Both the position numbers and the translations under genes were made by a program. A stretch of DNA of 64,000 nt, taken from contig JAFZIK010000016.1 of the NCBI GenBank assembly GCA_017554405.1, positions 2,699-66,698 of the forward strand, read 5' to 3'. Shown here one piece after another: positions 17,396 to 26,742 of this stretch; positions within the stretch are counted from its first letter, which is position 1; the number at the start of each line of letters is the position of its first letter. The DNA is from Clostridia bacterium. Lineage in GTDB: Bacteria; Bacillota; Clostridia; Oscillospirales; Acutalibacteraceae. The notes below the pieces were generated by a model, which saw only the letters and a program-made list of their open reading frames with translations, did no database searches and was not told the DNA's origin.

Positions 17396-19183
17396 TTGAA
17401 ACTTGACAGAATGAACGGCATGAAGCGCACAGATTATTGCGCCGCCCTTACAAAAGAAGCCGTAGGCAAAGAGGTAGTAGTATGCGGCTGGGTCCAGCGC
17501 CAGAGAGACCTCGGCTCTCTTATATTCATAGATTTAAGAGACCGGAGCGGCATTATCCAGCTTGCCTTTGACGAAAACACCGATAAGGCGGTGTTTGAAA
17601 AGGCCTTTGAGGTAAGAAGCGAATTTGTGCTTATGGCAAAGGGCAAGGTGCGCCTTCGTTCATCGGTAAACCCGGATTTGCCCACCGGCGATATAGAAAT
17701 AGAGGTTGCCGAGCTTAAGGTGCTGGGCAGATCGCTTACCCCGCCCTTTGATATCCTGCCCGATACCAAGGCAGGCGAGGAACTGCGGCTTAAATACAGG
17801 TATCTCGACCTTCGCAGGAGCAATTTGCAGAATAACCTTATTATGCGCCATAAGATCGCCAAGGTAACAAGAGATTACTTTGATGAAAACGGTTTTTTGG
17901 AGATAGAAACGCCCACCCTTATAAAATCCACCCCCGAGGGCGCAAGGGATTATCTTGTTCCCTCCCGCGTGCATAAGGGAAGCTTCTTCGCGCTTCCGCA
18001 ATCACCGCAGATGTATAAGCAGCTGCTTATGCTTGCCGGTTTTGACCGCTATATGCAGCTGGCGCGGTGCTACCGCGACGAGGACCTGCGCGCCGACCGC
18101 CAGCCCGAGTTCACCCAGGTGGATATCGAGATGTCCTTTGTTGAGCGCGATGATATCTTCGCCGTTGCCGAGGGCTACGTTAAACGGCTTTTCGGCGAGG
18201 TTTTGGGCGTTGAAATAAAAACGCCGCTTCCCCGTATGACCTATACCGACGCAATAAACAACTACGGCTCGGATAAGCCCGACACCCGCTATGATATGAC
18301 CATAAAGGATATATCGGATATAGTTGAAAACTGCGATTTCGGCGTGTTCTCCGGCGCCGTTAAGGCGGGCGGCACGGTGCGCGCCATTAACGCAAAAGCC
18401 GCCGCGGAGGTCTATACGAGGAAAGAAATAGATAAGCTTACCGAGGACGCCAAGGGCATAGGCGCCAAAGGTCTTGCCTTTATCCGCTGGGTAGACGAAC
18501 AGCCCACCTGCTCTTTCTCTAAATTTATGACCGAAGAGCAAATGGCGGCGATATACGAGCGCACAAACGCCGAGCGCGGCGACGTTATACTGATAGTCGC
18601 CGATAAAAAGGCGCTGGCGTTATCGGTGCTCGGCGCACTGCGGCAGACCGTTGCAAAGAAGCTTGGCATAATACCCGAAGGCAAATTCAATTTCCTTTGG
18701 ATAACCGAGTTCCCGTTTTTTGAATACAATGAGGAAACCGGCAAGTATGACGCGATGCACCACCCCTTTACCGCCCCGCTTGACGAATGCATTGAGTATC
18801 TTGATACCGACCCCGAAAAGGTTTTTGCCAACGCTTATGACCTGGTGCTTAACGGCGTTGAGCTTTCGAGCGGCTCTATCCGCATAACCGACCCGGAGCT
18901 TCAGGCGCATATGTTCAGCGCGCTCGGTCTTTCCGATGAAGAAGCCGAGCAGAAGTTCGGATTCCTTACCGGCGCTTTCAAATACGGCGCTCCTCCCCAC
19001 GGCGGAATGGCTATAGGTCTTGACCGTATCTGTATGATAATGACCGGAAGCGAAAGTCTCAGGGACGTTGTCGCATTCCCGAAGGTCGCAAACTCTTCGG
19101 AGCTTATGTCCGGCGCCCCGGCCGGGGTAGACGGCGCACAGCTTAAAGAGCTTGCCATAGAGATATGCAAAGAGGATAAATAA
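17396..19183 (+). CDS. aspS: Aspartate--tRNA ligase
   Basis: An OB anticodon-binding domain, FALPQSPQ, the GAD insertion and the class II motif 3 (GGMAIGLDR). The TTG start at 17396 lies 8 nt after the RBS AGAGGTG. ATG 17411 and 17420 are alternatives. Confidence 0.95.
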   Translation: MKLDRMNGMKRTDYCAALTKEAVGKEVVVCGWVQRQRDLGSLIFIDLRDRSGIIQLAFDENTDKAVFEKAFEVRSEFVLMAKGKVRLRSSVNPDLPTGDIEIEVAELKVLGRSLTPPFDILPDTKAGEELRLKYRYLDLRRSNLQNNLIMRHKIAKVTRDYFDENGFLEIETPTLIKSTPEGARDYLVPSRVHKGSFFALPQSPQMYKQLLMLAGFDRYMQLARCYRDEDLRADRQPEFTQVDIEMSFVERDDIFAVAEGYVKRLFGEVLGVEIKTPLPRMTYTDAINNYGSDKPDTRYDMTIKDISDIVENCDFGVFSGAVKAGGTVRAINAKAAAEVYTRKEIDKLTEDAKGIGAKGLAFIRWVDEQPTCSFSKFMTEEQMAAIYERTNAERGDVILIVADKKALALSVLGALRQTVAKKLGIIPEGKFNFLWITEFPFFEYNEETGKYDAMHHPFTAPLDECIEYLDTDPEKVFANAYDLVLNGVELSSGSIRITDPELQAHMFSALGLSDEEAEQKFGFLTGAFKYGAPPHGGMAIGLDRICMIMTGSESLRDVVAFPKVANSSELMSGAPAGVDGAQLKELAIEICKEDK

Positions 19184-19194
19184 CACACATATAT

Positions 19195-19233
19195 AAAAGC
19201 ACGGTTTGCGATCAAGCAAACCGTGCTTTTTTT
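19195..19233. terminator. Bidirectional intrinsic terminator
   Basis: AAAA, then GCACGGTTTGC, a gatcaa loop, GCAAACCGTGC, then TTTTTTT. It lies between the convergent aspS and the 19241 gene. Confidence 0.9.
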
Positions 19234-19240
19234 ATTCCGT

Positions 19241-20764
19241 TTAAAAATCATCTTCTCTTAAAAACTCCGGGGGAACGGGTTCGGGCTCGGGAGCTGCCGT
19301 TTGCGGCGGACTTTGCTGCGCCCTTGCGGGCATTTTTTGCGGATGCTTAAAGGCGGGTTCGTTTACCTCCGCAATGGTAAGACCGTTTTCATAATCATCG
19401 ATCTTTCTGCCGCGAAACGCCTTTACTATAAGGAGAATAACGAGAGCAAATATCAGTAAAGCAGATATTACAAACAGTGTGAGCACTATTTTACCCTGAC
19501 CGCTTAAATGACCGAATCTTTCAAAAATATTTTCCGAATCTCCGGCGGCGCTCATATTGACCAAAAAGGTGGGTTCGCGCTGAACGGTGCCCTCAAGGGC
19601 ATCGTATTTATAGTAACGGCTTTCACCGTTTGCGTAGCAGTAAAATACGTAAAAATCCGGAAAATCGCCGTTGGCATACTGATAGCACTCTACCGTTTCG
19701 TTGCCCATTTTGAACGCGCTTTTAACGAACTGACTGCCGGGGACTATACCTTCTTTGAACGGCTTGATGATATAAAGGCAATCGCCGCTTTGCAAATAGC
19801 TTACCCGCTTAAACGCGTCAACGTCATTCCTGCCTGTATAAAAGGAAAGGTTATTATAAAACGCGCCGTCCCCGCCGTTTTCATCGGTCGTCCAGAAAAG
19901 GCTGTAACTGCCCGCGTTATCCGCAAAATATGAAACCTCAATACCCTTTCGTTCTACGGTTTTAAGGGTATACCCCGCATACCGCGCCATACCCGAAAGA
20001 TCCGGAACTATATACCGGTATTCATCATCCACTAAAATAAGAAGCGGATTGCTTTTGCGCTCTTCCTCCTCGGCGGCGGCGGTCTCCTCCTCGGTCAATC
20101 TTCTGATATTTATGGTATAGGTGCTCTTTGCTCCGGAAGCGGCGGTGACCGTTATGGTCTTTTTGTTATCGCCCACCTCGAGATCGAAGGTGCCTACGCC
20201 CTTTACGGTTGAATCGCCAACGGCGGCGTTTGCGCCTATCGTTATGCTTTTAACGCCGTATTTTACGGTAGCGGTATACTCTTTTGTTTTGGCATCAAAC
20301 TCGGTATCGAGCTTACCGGCGCTTAGCGTTATGGAACCGAGGTCCGCGTTTGCAGAGGGCTTTGGCGCGGTAACGTTTACCGTTGCGGCGGCGGAAGCTG
20401 TCCCGTCACCGAGCCCGGACGCGGCAGCCGAAAACGAAAGTGAGCCGCTTCCCGGAGCTATCGCCTTGAAAACCACCTTATAGGATACGCTGGTCTCGCC
20501 GCTTAAGCCCTCAACTATCTTTACCGAAGAACCGTTATTCGTGCCGCCGGAAACATACTGAAGAACAGAACTGTTATAGGTAAGCGTTCCGTCTATAGCA
20601 TACATGGCGAAGCCGGCGTTATACCTTACCGTAACGGTAACGGTATTGCCCGGATTTATATTTGTTTTGCTGAGCTGTATCGCGGCGCTGTCGGCATAAG
20701 CAGGAAAGCTTAAAGCGCCGACGATAAGCAGGATAACAGATAGCATACAAATGATTTTTTTCAT
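19241..20764 (-). CDS. Membrane-anchored surface protein: signal peptide, cohesin-like module, cadherin-like beta-sandwich, unknown domain, C-terminal TM and Pro-rich tail
   Basis: The signal peptide ends at FPAYA-DS. Residues ~26-135 (NINPGNTVTVTVRYNAGFAMYAIDGTLTYNSSVLQYVSG) fit the cohesin pattern. Residues ~140-222 (LGSITLSAGKLDTEFDAKTKEYTATV...TYTINIRR) fit the cadherin-like beta-sandwich. A TM segment (IVLTLFVISALLIFALVILLIV) lies near the C-terminus. Confidence 0.6.
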   Translation of the reverse strand: MKKIICMLSVILLIVGALSFPAYADSAAIQLSKTNINPGNTVTVTVRYNAGFAMYAIDGTLTYNSSVLQYVSGGTNNGSSVKIVEGLSGETSVSYKVVFKAIAPGSGSLSFSAAASGLGDGTASAAATVNVTAPKPSANADLGSITLSAGKLDTEFDAKTKEYTATVKYGVKSITIGANAAVGDSTVKGVGTFDLEVGDNKKTITVTAASGAKSTYTINIRRLTEEETAAAEEEERKSNPLLILVDDEYRYIVPDLSGMARYAGYTLKTVERKGIEVSYFADNAGSYSLFWTTDENGGDGAFYNNLSFYTGRNDVDAFKRVSYLQSGDCLYIIKPFKEGIVPGSQFVKSAFKMGNETVECYQYANGDFPDFYVFYCYANGESRYYKYDALEGTVQREPTFLVNMSAAGDSENIFERFGHLSGQGKIVLTLFVISALLIFALVILLIVKAFRGRKIDDYENGLTIAEVNEPAFKHPQKMPARAQQSPPQTAAPEPEPVPPEFLREDDF

Positions 20765-20776
20765 TTGTTTTCTCCT

Positions 20777-22402
20777 TTATTCAAGCGTAATAAGGTGCAA
20801 CAGGTGCATTCTTATCCTCGCAAGATCCTTAACATCGATAACAAGATCGGAATTGATATCGCCGCCGGCGAGGTCGTCCCCTTCAAGCCACCTGACGCCG
20901 AGTATATGCATTCTCATCCTTGCAAAATCCTTAACGGTTATTTCTCCGTCTCCGTCGGCATCGCCCTTCCTGCGCGAAGGCGTGGGCTCGGGAACGGGAT
21001 CGGAAGGCGTCTCCGGTTCGTCTCCGGGTTCATCTCCGGGTTCGTCTCCGGGTTCGTCGCCCGGTTCATCGCCCGGTTCGTCTCCCGGTTCATCGCCGGG
21101 TTCATCGCCGGGTTCATCGCCCGGCTCTGTAACGTAATCCTCGGGTCCGGGCATCGGGCATGCCTCTTCGGGCATTGACAGATAAACCGGTATTTTAAAG
21201 GTGAGCGCGCCTTCGGTATTCGCCGCGTAGACCTTGCGTATGTTTGAACCTTTGACGCATTGGTCGTAAAGACCGTTTGCATACTGGTGCCATATCCTGC
21301 CGGGCTCCTTTACGTTAAAGTCCATATAATAATACGTATCCTGCGCCGCGCTCAGGTAACCCGACTCATACTCCTTTGCGCCGCCTGTTATTGAAGCCCT
21401 GCGGCTGTTCCAGCCCTTTTCCTTCGCATATATAAGTCCGTTTAAGATAACGTTGCTTCCGCTAGCCCCGTAATTGAAAAAGTTATAATATCCTTCGTAA
21501 CCCGCGTATGTTCCGCTGATAAGAGAGCTTGTCCCGCCGGTGCCCTGCTCGGTAATGATCGTGCTGGCTATTACGTATGGGCTTACGTTAGATTCGCTTG
21601 CCGCCGCCATAATATCCTTTACGTAAGCATCGGTATCATCGCCGTAGCCGTTTTCCAAAAAGGTTCCGGCTATCACCTTTCTGAGTCCCGCCTCGTTCTG
21701 CGTTGCGGGGTTATAAGCTTGCTCCAAAAAGGTAAAAACGTTCGGTAAGGATGATTTTGTGTTGCTTAAAACAAGCCCGTTCCTCGGGTCCATAAAGTAG
21801 GCGATCGCTTTTCTTGAAGCGTATATCCAGCGCTTTTCCTTAATATGATCGGGATTGTTCGCATCCGCACGCGGGTCACGCCACTCAAGCCCGTAGGTAA
21901 GCTCTACCCATTTGCGGGTATCGGTCATTTTCTTACTGCTGTATTCAAGATCTATCGCGTCGTCAAGCGATATACTGAGGTTATCCGCGATAAACACCCA
22001 GTTCGGGTAAACTTCATGTATTTTGCGAAGCGCGGCGCGGTAGCTTTCGGGAAACTTTAAAATATCCGATTCAAAGTCCTCGCTCGGCTCTGCCGGCGCG
22101 ATCTTTTCAAGATATTTACCGTAAACGTAGCCGGTAATACCGTTATAGGTCACGTCATACCAGATATTTCCGTATTCCCCGTCAACGGTCTCGCCCTGCG
22201 CCTCACCGTTTACCGTAACTATTACGCCTATCGAGAGCTTGCCGAGCGTTTCGCAAGCCGTGTTCGGTTCCGTTCTTATGCGAACGCCCTCCCCTGTGAT
22301 ACGCCCTCTTACTGTTTGCGCGCTGACGCCCGGCGCAAAAGCCGACACAAAAAGAAGAGTTATACACAAAAATACGCATAAAACCCTACTGCATTTTTGC
22401 AT
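20777..22402 (-). CDS. Secreted SH3b / glucosaminidase-family peptidoglycan hydrolase with (EPGD)9 linker and C-terminal dockerin
   Basis: Has a signal peptide, an SH3b-like domain (GVRIRTEPNTACETLGKLSIGVIVTV) and a glucosaminidase-type core (VIASTIITEQGTGGTSSL, YYNFFNYGASG). The dockerin shows duplicated Ca-binding loops, DADGDGEITVKD and DINSDLVIDVKD. Confidence 0.7.
   Translation of the reverse strand: MQKCSRVLCVFLCITLLFVSAFAPGVSAQTVRGRITGEGVRIRTEPNTACETLGKLSIGVIVTVNGEAQGETVDGEYGNIWYDVTYNGITGYVYGKYLEKIAPAEPSEDFESDILKFPESYRAALRKIHEVYPNWVFIADNLSISLDDAIDLEYSSKKMTDTRKWVELTYGLEWRDPRADANNPDHIKEKRWIYASRKAIAYFMDPRNGLVLSNTKSSLPNVFTFLEQAYNPATQNEAGLRKVIAGTFLENGYGDDTDAYVKDIMAAASESNVSPYVIASTIITEQGTGGTSSLISGTYAGYEGYYNFFNYGASGSNVILNGLIYAKEKGWNSRRASITGGAKEYESGYLSAAQDTYYYMDFNVKEPGRIWHQYANGLYDQCVKGSNIRKVYAANTEGALTFKIPVYLSMPEEACPMPGPEDYVTEPGDEPGDEPGDEPGDEPGDEPGDEPGDEPGDEPGDEPETPSDPVPEPTPSRRKGDADGDGEITVKDFARMRMHILGVRWLEGDDLAGGDINSDLVIDVKDLARIRMHLLHLITLE
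21020..21127 (-). repeat. Nine tandem 12-bp repeats encoding (EPGD)9
   Basis: Plus-strand units are RTCKCCSGGYTC x9, counted by hand from 21020 to 21127. The repeat is in frame in the linker before the dockerin. Confidence 0.9.
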
Positions 22403-22451
22403 AAAACTCCCCCCTTTTTTAAAATAATAATACTTCTTAAAACCCGTTATG

Positions 22452-23636
22452 TCAATCCGGCAAACCTATACGCCTTGCCTCAAAATAAAACCTTTTATCA
22501 AGCGCGTGACCCATAGAAAAGGTCTTGCGCGGAAGCGAGCCGTTTTTGAGCACCGCGCCAAACAGTTCATCCTTATCCATACCTTTAAATATAAAGCCCA
22601 GGCTGTTATCGCCGCCGCCCGCTATCTTAAAGACGGGATCCGTGCCGTGGATATAATCTATCCGAACGTCCGGCGCGTTATTATCAAGATGGTCCTGGAG
22701 CTCGGCGACCGGCAGGCGGTAATCTGACCTTATTTTCACCGTTTTTTGCCCGGCCTTATAAACGCAGGTAAATTCATGCTCATATTCGCCGCACTGACCG
22801 CTTTTTTCAAAATCACTTATGAATTTTACGGGGTCTACTCCGAAGCAGACCCTATAGATCGGCTCGAAATTTATCGCCGGGGAATGGATGTTTACCGCCT
22901 CAACCAGCGCGTATCTGTCCTTCTCTTGACCCGTTTCTTCATAAATGCTTTTTGCGGCGGCAAGCGAATGGTTGCCGTCCCCCACAAGGAAGAGCAGACC
23001 GTTATTCTTATCGCTTACTGCCGAAAACGCCTTTTTAATATCTTCGGCAACCGCGCCTGTGATTCTTTTACCCATTATATGCCCGGCTCCTCCGAACAAC
23101 TCGAAATCATAAAGCGGTATAAGACTTTGTTCGTTTTTTTCAATGACCCGCGCTACCGCGTTTTCACGGTCATCGAAAAGCAACATTATATGCGGCATTT
23201 CAAGCGGCGCGCCCCTTCTTATCTCGGCGCGCGGCGGTATCCTTTCGAGCACGGTTTTCTCGGTGGCGCGAACGGCGCCGCTTTTCTCGCCCTTATATGA
23301 ATACTCCTTAAGGTCGATCCTACCGATAATACCCTCGCGTATAAGCCCGTCGCTCTGAACGCGCCGGACGTATATAAAACTGTCTTTTATCTCTTCAAAC
23401 ACGTTTCCGGCGAGATAATCCCTCATATTTTTACGGATACCTGCTATCGCCGCGGAGTTATCATCCTTTAAATAAATTTCCGGAAGTATCAGATCAAGCG
23501 CGGTTTTATAACCGTTTGTAAACTCTTTCACTTTATCCCAATATTCCGGCTCGCTTGTAAACTGATCGCAGGCGATCACCGCAAAGCGTTCACGGTTTTC
23601 CCTTGCGATAAGTATATCCGCCTTTTCAAAACACAT
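22452..23636 (-). CDS. DUF1015 family protein
   Basis: The N-terminal VIACDQFTSEPEYW motif and the GDGNHSLAAAK motif are recalled from DUF1015 proteins of Firmicutes. 394 aa. Confidence 0.55.
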   Translation of the reverse strand: MCFEKADILIARENRERFAVIACDQFTSEPEYWDKVKEFTNGYKTALDLILPEIYLKDDNSAAIAGIRKNMRDYLAGNVFEEIKDSFIYVRRVQSDGLIREGIIGRIDLKEYSYKGEKSGAVRATEKTVLERIPPRAEIRRGAPLEMPHIMLLFDDRENAVARVIEKNEQSLIPLYDFELFGGAGHIMGKRITGAVAEDIKKAFSAVSDKNNGLLFLVGDGNHSLAAAKSIYEETGQEKDRYALVEAVNIHSPAINFEPIYRVCFGVDPVKFISDFEKSGQCGEYEHEFTCVYKAGQKTVKIRSDYRLPVAELQDHLDNNAPDVRIDYIHGTDPVFKIAGGGDNSLGFIFKGMDKDELFGAVLKNGSLPRKTFSMGHALDKRFYFEARRIGLPD

Positions 23637-23654
23637 TATTGTTGCCCCTTAAAA

Positions 23655-24503
23655 CTAAATTATAACGCCCAGAACAGACCTTATATCATCAGCCACCGCC
23701 GCCTTAAGCTCTTCATCCGAGGAGAATTTTTGCTCCGCGCGGATAAAGCGGATAAACTTGAGGGTGGCGTTCTGACCGTATAGGTCGTCCTTCATATCCT
23801 TTATAAAGGTCTCACAGCCGATGAAATCGGTTTTATAGGTCGGTCTTATACCTACGTCGGTTATCGCCGGATACTCTTTGCCGGCTACCGTTATACTGCT
23901 GCTGTATACTCCGAATTTCGGGCAAACAAGGTTATCCGGGAACATCTGGTTCGCGGTGGGAAAACCGAGCGCCTTGCCCCTCGAATCACCGTGAAGCACC
24001 GGCGAAGTGAACCCGAAGCCGCCGTATATCTGCCTGTTTGCCGAAAGCACTTCGCCGTTTTCAATAAGCGACCGAAGCGCGCTTGAGGATACCTCTTCGC
24101 CGTTTCCCACGCGCTCGGCGCACCTGAACTCTATACCGTTTTGCTCGCAGAAAGCGGCTATAGTATCGGTGCCGCCCGCGGCGTTTTTGCCGAAGCGGTA
24201 ATTATACCCGCAGGCGATAAGCGCCGGCGAAAACTCACTTTTGAGCCAAAGAAGAAAATCATCGGGAGAAGTATCCGCCACGTCAGAAAAGTTAAGATCG
24301 TATATCCGGCTGACGCCGAGCGCCTTAAGCCCCGCTTTTTTATCCTCGGGGGTCATTAAAAGCTTTACGTCTTTACCTAAAGCCGCTTTCGGAGGAACTG
24401 CAAACGTTACCGCAACCGTGTTGTAGCCGTTTGCTTTTTCTATAACGGCGCGATGACCGCTGTGCAGTCCGTCAAACGTGCCTAAAACTATCGCGGTTTG
24501 CAT
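23655..24503 (-). CDS. ribF: Bifunctional riboflavin kinase / FMN adenylyltransferase
   Basis: Motif LGTFDGLHSGHRAV, with a C-terminal riboflavin kinase domain (LGFPTAN). ATG 24503 follows the RBS GGAAAGGGG and lies 2 nt after the truB stop. Confidence 0.9.
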   Translation of the reverse strand: MQTAIVLGTFDGLHSGHRAVIEKANGYNTVAVTFAVPPKAALGKDVKLLMTPEDKKAGLKALGVSRIYDLNFSDVADTSPDDFLLWLKSEFSPALIACGYNYRFGKNAAGGTDTIAAFCEQNGIEFRCAERVGNGEEVSSSALRSLIENGEVLSANRQIYGGFGFTSPVLHGDSRGKALGFPTANQMFPDNLVCPKFGVYSSSITVAGKEYPAITDVGIRPTYKTDFIGCETFIKDMKDDLYGQNATLKFIRFIRAEQKFSSDEELKAAVADDIRSVLGVII

Positions 24504-24505
24504 TT

Positions 24506-25399
24506 TTACCCCTTTCCCTGATCTATTAAACATTCAAAAACAAGCGCTCCCTTTTCGGCGGAAAACGAAGCAAGCCCCAGAAATAAGCCGCCGCAAACCA
24601 TACGGACCTTCTCGCCTTCCGAAAGGTTTATGCTTTTGACCCTGTTTATATCTATCTCGCCGCCGTTTGAAAACCGCCGCGCCTGCGGGGGAGTAAGCTC
24701 TACCGCCTTTAAGTGCGCCGCCGCGCGTTCCGCCGGCAATATATAATCATTTATATTCGCAGGGTCAAGCCGGTCAAGCGGCACGCATTCGGATAACCGG
24801 AATCCAGCGGTGGCGGTGCGGCAGAGCGCGGTAAGGGTGGCGCCGGTGCCTAAAAGTTCGCCTATATCACGAACAAGAGAGCGAATATACGTGCCCTTTG
24901 ATACCCGGCAGGAAATCCGGAACCTTGAGCCCTCCAAAAGTTCGCTCTCCCTATTAAGCTCAAAAACGGTTATTCTGCGCGGCTCGATATCCGCCTCTTT
25001 GCCCTCGCGGGCAAGGCGGTATAAGCGCACGCCGTTTTTTCTTATCGCGCTGAACATGGGCGGCACCTGATCCTGCTCACCCGTAAAATGCGCAAGCGCT
25101 CTGTCTATATCGGCGCAGGTGACCGCGACCTTATTTTCGGCAATTACCTTTCCGGTTATATCAAGGGTATCGGTAACGGTGCCGAGCATAATTTCGGCGG
25201 TATAGGATTTATCCGCGCAAAGCACATAGTCGCAAAGCTTTGTTGCCCTGCCTATCAGCACCGGCAAAACGCCGGTCGCCATAGGATCAAGGGTCCCGGT
25301 ATGCCCTACGCGCTTTTCGCCGGTAAGCTTTCTTATACTCGCAACCGCGCCGAAGGAAGTGATCCCCGCCGGCTTATTCAGCAGAAGAAGACCACACAT
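24506..25399 (-). CDS. truB: tRNA pseudouridine(55) synthase
   Basis: Motifs LLLNKPAGITSF and the catalytic GHTGTLDP. The 72-aa Arg-rich extension in the track ORF is not credible, so the start is set at ATG 25399. Confidence 0.9.
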   Translation of the reverse strand: MCGLLLLNKPAGITSFGAVASIRKLTGEKRVGHTGTLDPMATGVLPVLIGRATKLCDYVLCADKSYTAEIMLGTVTDTLDITGKVIAENKVAVTCADIDRALAHFTGEQDQVPPMFSAIRKNGVRLYRLAREGKEADIEPRRITVFELNRESELLEGSRFRISCRVSKGTYIRSLVRDIGELLGTGATLTALCRTATAGFRLSECVPLDRLDPANINDYILPAERAAAHLKAVELTPPQARRFSNGGEIDINRVKSINLSEGEKVRMVCGGLFLGLASFSAEKGALVFECLIDQGKG

Positions 25400-26369
25400 T
25401 TGTATTCTCCATCTCCTCGCGCACGGCGGCAAGTATCTTTGCCTTGACTTCAGGGAGCGTGCCCTCGAGCGTTGCGCCCGCCGCGCCCTTATGACCGCCG
25501 CCGCCGAGACCGCCGCATATCCTTGCCGCGTCAAGCGGGCTGAAGGTGCGCAGCGATACTTTAAAGGTTTTGTTACCGGTCTGCTTGAGTGTGATACCCG
25601 CCAGCACGCCCTCAACGCTTCTTGAGATCAGAGCGATGCCCTCAAGCTCGGTGCCCGAACAGCCGGTCTCATTCTGCATTTCTTCGGTGACCGAAAGCAG
25701 GATGCACTTATCGCCAAAATGATATTCCGCGGTGCTAAGCACCATCTGTTCAAGCTTTAAAAGCTGTTTTGACTTGGTATCGAACATAAGGCGGTTTATC
25801 TCCGCCGCGTCGATATTGTAATCGAAGAGCTCCGATGCGATGATATGCGTTTTCGCCGTTACGTTTGAATACTTGAAACAGCCGGTATCGGTGGCAAGCC
25901 CCGTATAGAGCGCCTTTGCCGTGATATCGTTGATGTTTACCCTTAACTTTACGAGCAACTCGTATACCACCTCGCAAGCCGCCGCGGCGTTCGGATCAAG
26001 AAGAAGATTATCGGCGTAAGAGGTGTTGGAAATATGGTGATCTATACATAGGTCGATATTACCCGCATACTTATCGGCAAGCGAGCCGAGCAGTTTAAGA
26101 TCCGCCACGTCAACCGCGACCACCGTTGCGTTTTTAAGGTCGGCAAGCTCGGTCTTAACGGCAAAATACGAATATTTCGCCGGTATCTCGTCCGGGCAGA
26201 TAACGCCGGCGGTCTTACCGATCTCGTTAAGCCCGTAATAAAGGGCATAAGCCGCGCCGAGCGTATCGCCGTCCGGCGAAGTGTGGGTAAGAATAATATA
26301 ATTATCGTGCCGCCTTAAAAACCTTGCGGCTTTTGATAACGACAGTATATTACAATCAGGTTTGTTCAT
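25374..26369 (-). CDS. nrnA: DHH-family phosphoesterase (NrnA-like oligoribonuclease/pAp phosphatase)
   Basis: DHH motifs THTSPDGDTLG and IDHH, plus the DHHA1 motif GGGGH. I prefer ATG 26369 after the RBS GGGGAGGG. ATG 26399 is possible. Confidence 0.8.
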   Translation of the reverse strand: MNKPDCNILSLSKAARFLRRHDNYIILTHTSPDGDTLGAAYALYYGLNEIGKTAGVICPDEIPAKYSYFAVKTELADLKNATVVAVDVADLKLLGSLADKYAGNIDLCIDHHISNTSYADNLLLDPNAAAACEVVYELLVKLRVNINDITAKALYTGLATDTGCFKYSNVTAKTHIIASELFDYNIDAAEINRLMFDTKSKQLLKLEQMVLSTAEYHFGDKCILLSVTEEMQNETGCSGTELEGIALISRSVEGVLAGITLKQTGNKTFKVSLRTFSPLDAARICGGLGGGGHKGAAGATLEGTLPEVKAKILAAVREEMENTNVWSSSAE

Positions 26370-26742
26370 CAGATCCGCCCTCCCCGGTTGTATTTTCATT
26401 ATTCTCTAACGACTTTATTATACTCAGTATTTCACTGCTCTTCTGAATGGAATTATCGGCAATGAAGCGAAGCTCCGGCACCTTGCGCAGTTTCATCCTG
26501 CCGCCCAGCTCGCGCCGCAAAAAGCCGTTTGCGCTTTTGTTGAGTGCCTTGACCGACTGCGCCGTTGCCTCGGCCCCCTCTATCGCGCTTACGTATACCG
26601 TTGCATACGACATATCGCCCGAAACGTCGAGCTTGACTATGCTTATCAGCTTACTTATGCGCGGGTCCTTGACCTCCCGCATAAGCTCCGAAAGGCAAAG
26701 CTTTATATCGGACGTAACACGGTTTATTTTATATCCTGCCAT
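26356..26742 (-). CDS. rbfA: Ribosome-binding factor A
   Basis: RbfA pattern (RVTSDIK..L..L...KDPR). Overlaps the infB stop (TAATG). Synteny supports the call. Confidence 0.9.
   Translation of the reverse strand: MAGYKINRVTSDIKLCLSELMREVKDPRISKLISIVKLDVSGDMSYATVYVSAIEGAEATAQSVKALNKSANGFLRRELGGRMKLRKVPELRFIADNSIQKSSEILSIIKSLENNENTTGEGGSDEQT

Noticed and set aside
21020-21127. A possible CRISPR-like array, considered for both the 12-bp repeats and the hairpin array at 3104-3223.
   Set aside because: The 12-bp units are contiguous with no spacers and are in frame within a CDS. The 3.1-kb hairpins differ in sequence and have no uniform repeat/spacer architecture. There are no cas genes in the window.
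25400-25615. N-terminal extensions of track ORFs, which use the first ATG/GTG/TTG. They include the truB 72-aa Arg-rich extension and the extensions of spoIIIAA (2574), yebC (4009), rimP (31482), ribF (24533), wzt (60908), the MinD-like gene (14838), polA (5127) and others.
   Set aside because: Downstream ATG or GTG codons are preceded by good Shine-Dalgarno sequences and coincide with the conserved family N-termini. The extensions overlap upstream genes or structured RNA.
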